The notes under the pieces are model-generated. The model ran no database searches. It was not told the DNA's origin and saw nothing but the letters and a program-made list of their open reading frames with translations. The position numbers were made by a program, and so were the translations under genes. A stretch of 64,000 nucleotides of DNA from the human T2T-CHM13v2.0 reference genome, Homo sapiens: the NCBI RefSeq assembly GCF_009914755.1, contig NC_060941.1; one strand, written 5' to 3'. Shown here one piece after another: positions 62,340-64,000 of the stretch (positions are counted from its first letter, which is position 1; each line of letters starts with the position of its first letter).

Positions 62340-64000
<1,661 letters not shown>

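Overview
Primate (most likely human) genomic DNA from the chromosome 17 LRRC37 'core duplicon'. The minus strand carries the complete 12-exon coding region of LRRC37A3 (ATG 47032, stop 4357-4359). I assembled 4905 nt = 1634 aa with GT-AG sites at every junction: signal peptide, Pro/Glu/Ser/Thr-rich repeats, six one-exon LRRs, Cys cap, large basic exon, TM helix, short tail. Directly upstream on the same strand lie five exons of an unprocessed, 5'-truncated RDM1 pseudogene. Its last exon ends ~320 nt before the LRRC37A3 ATG and may supply the acceptor of the first coding exon. The window also holds a decapitated vestigial LRRC37A tail exon fused to an Alu, and two plus-strand orphan terminal exons resembling ARL17 and NBR2 exons. 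Other elements: an SVA nested in an Alu within an old L1, a 7SL pseudogene, a tailless 5S rRNA retrofragment with a perfect TSD, dozens of Alus, DNA transposon fossils and hairpin-prone tandem repeats. Gene names rest on my recall of the protein sequences, not on a database search. Repeat boundaries are approximate. Most short ORFs in the track are Alu/L1/SVA artefacts. I found no convincing wholly new system; the best leads concern how this mosaic locus reuses exons of neighbouring genes.
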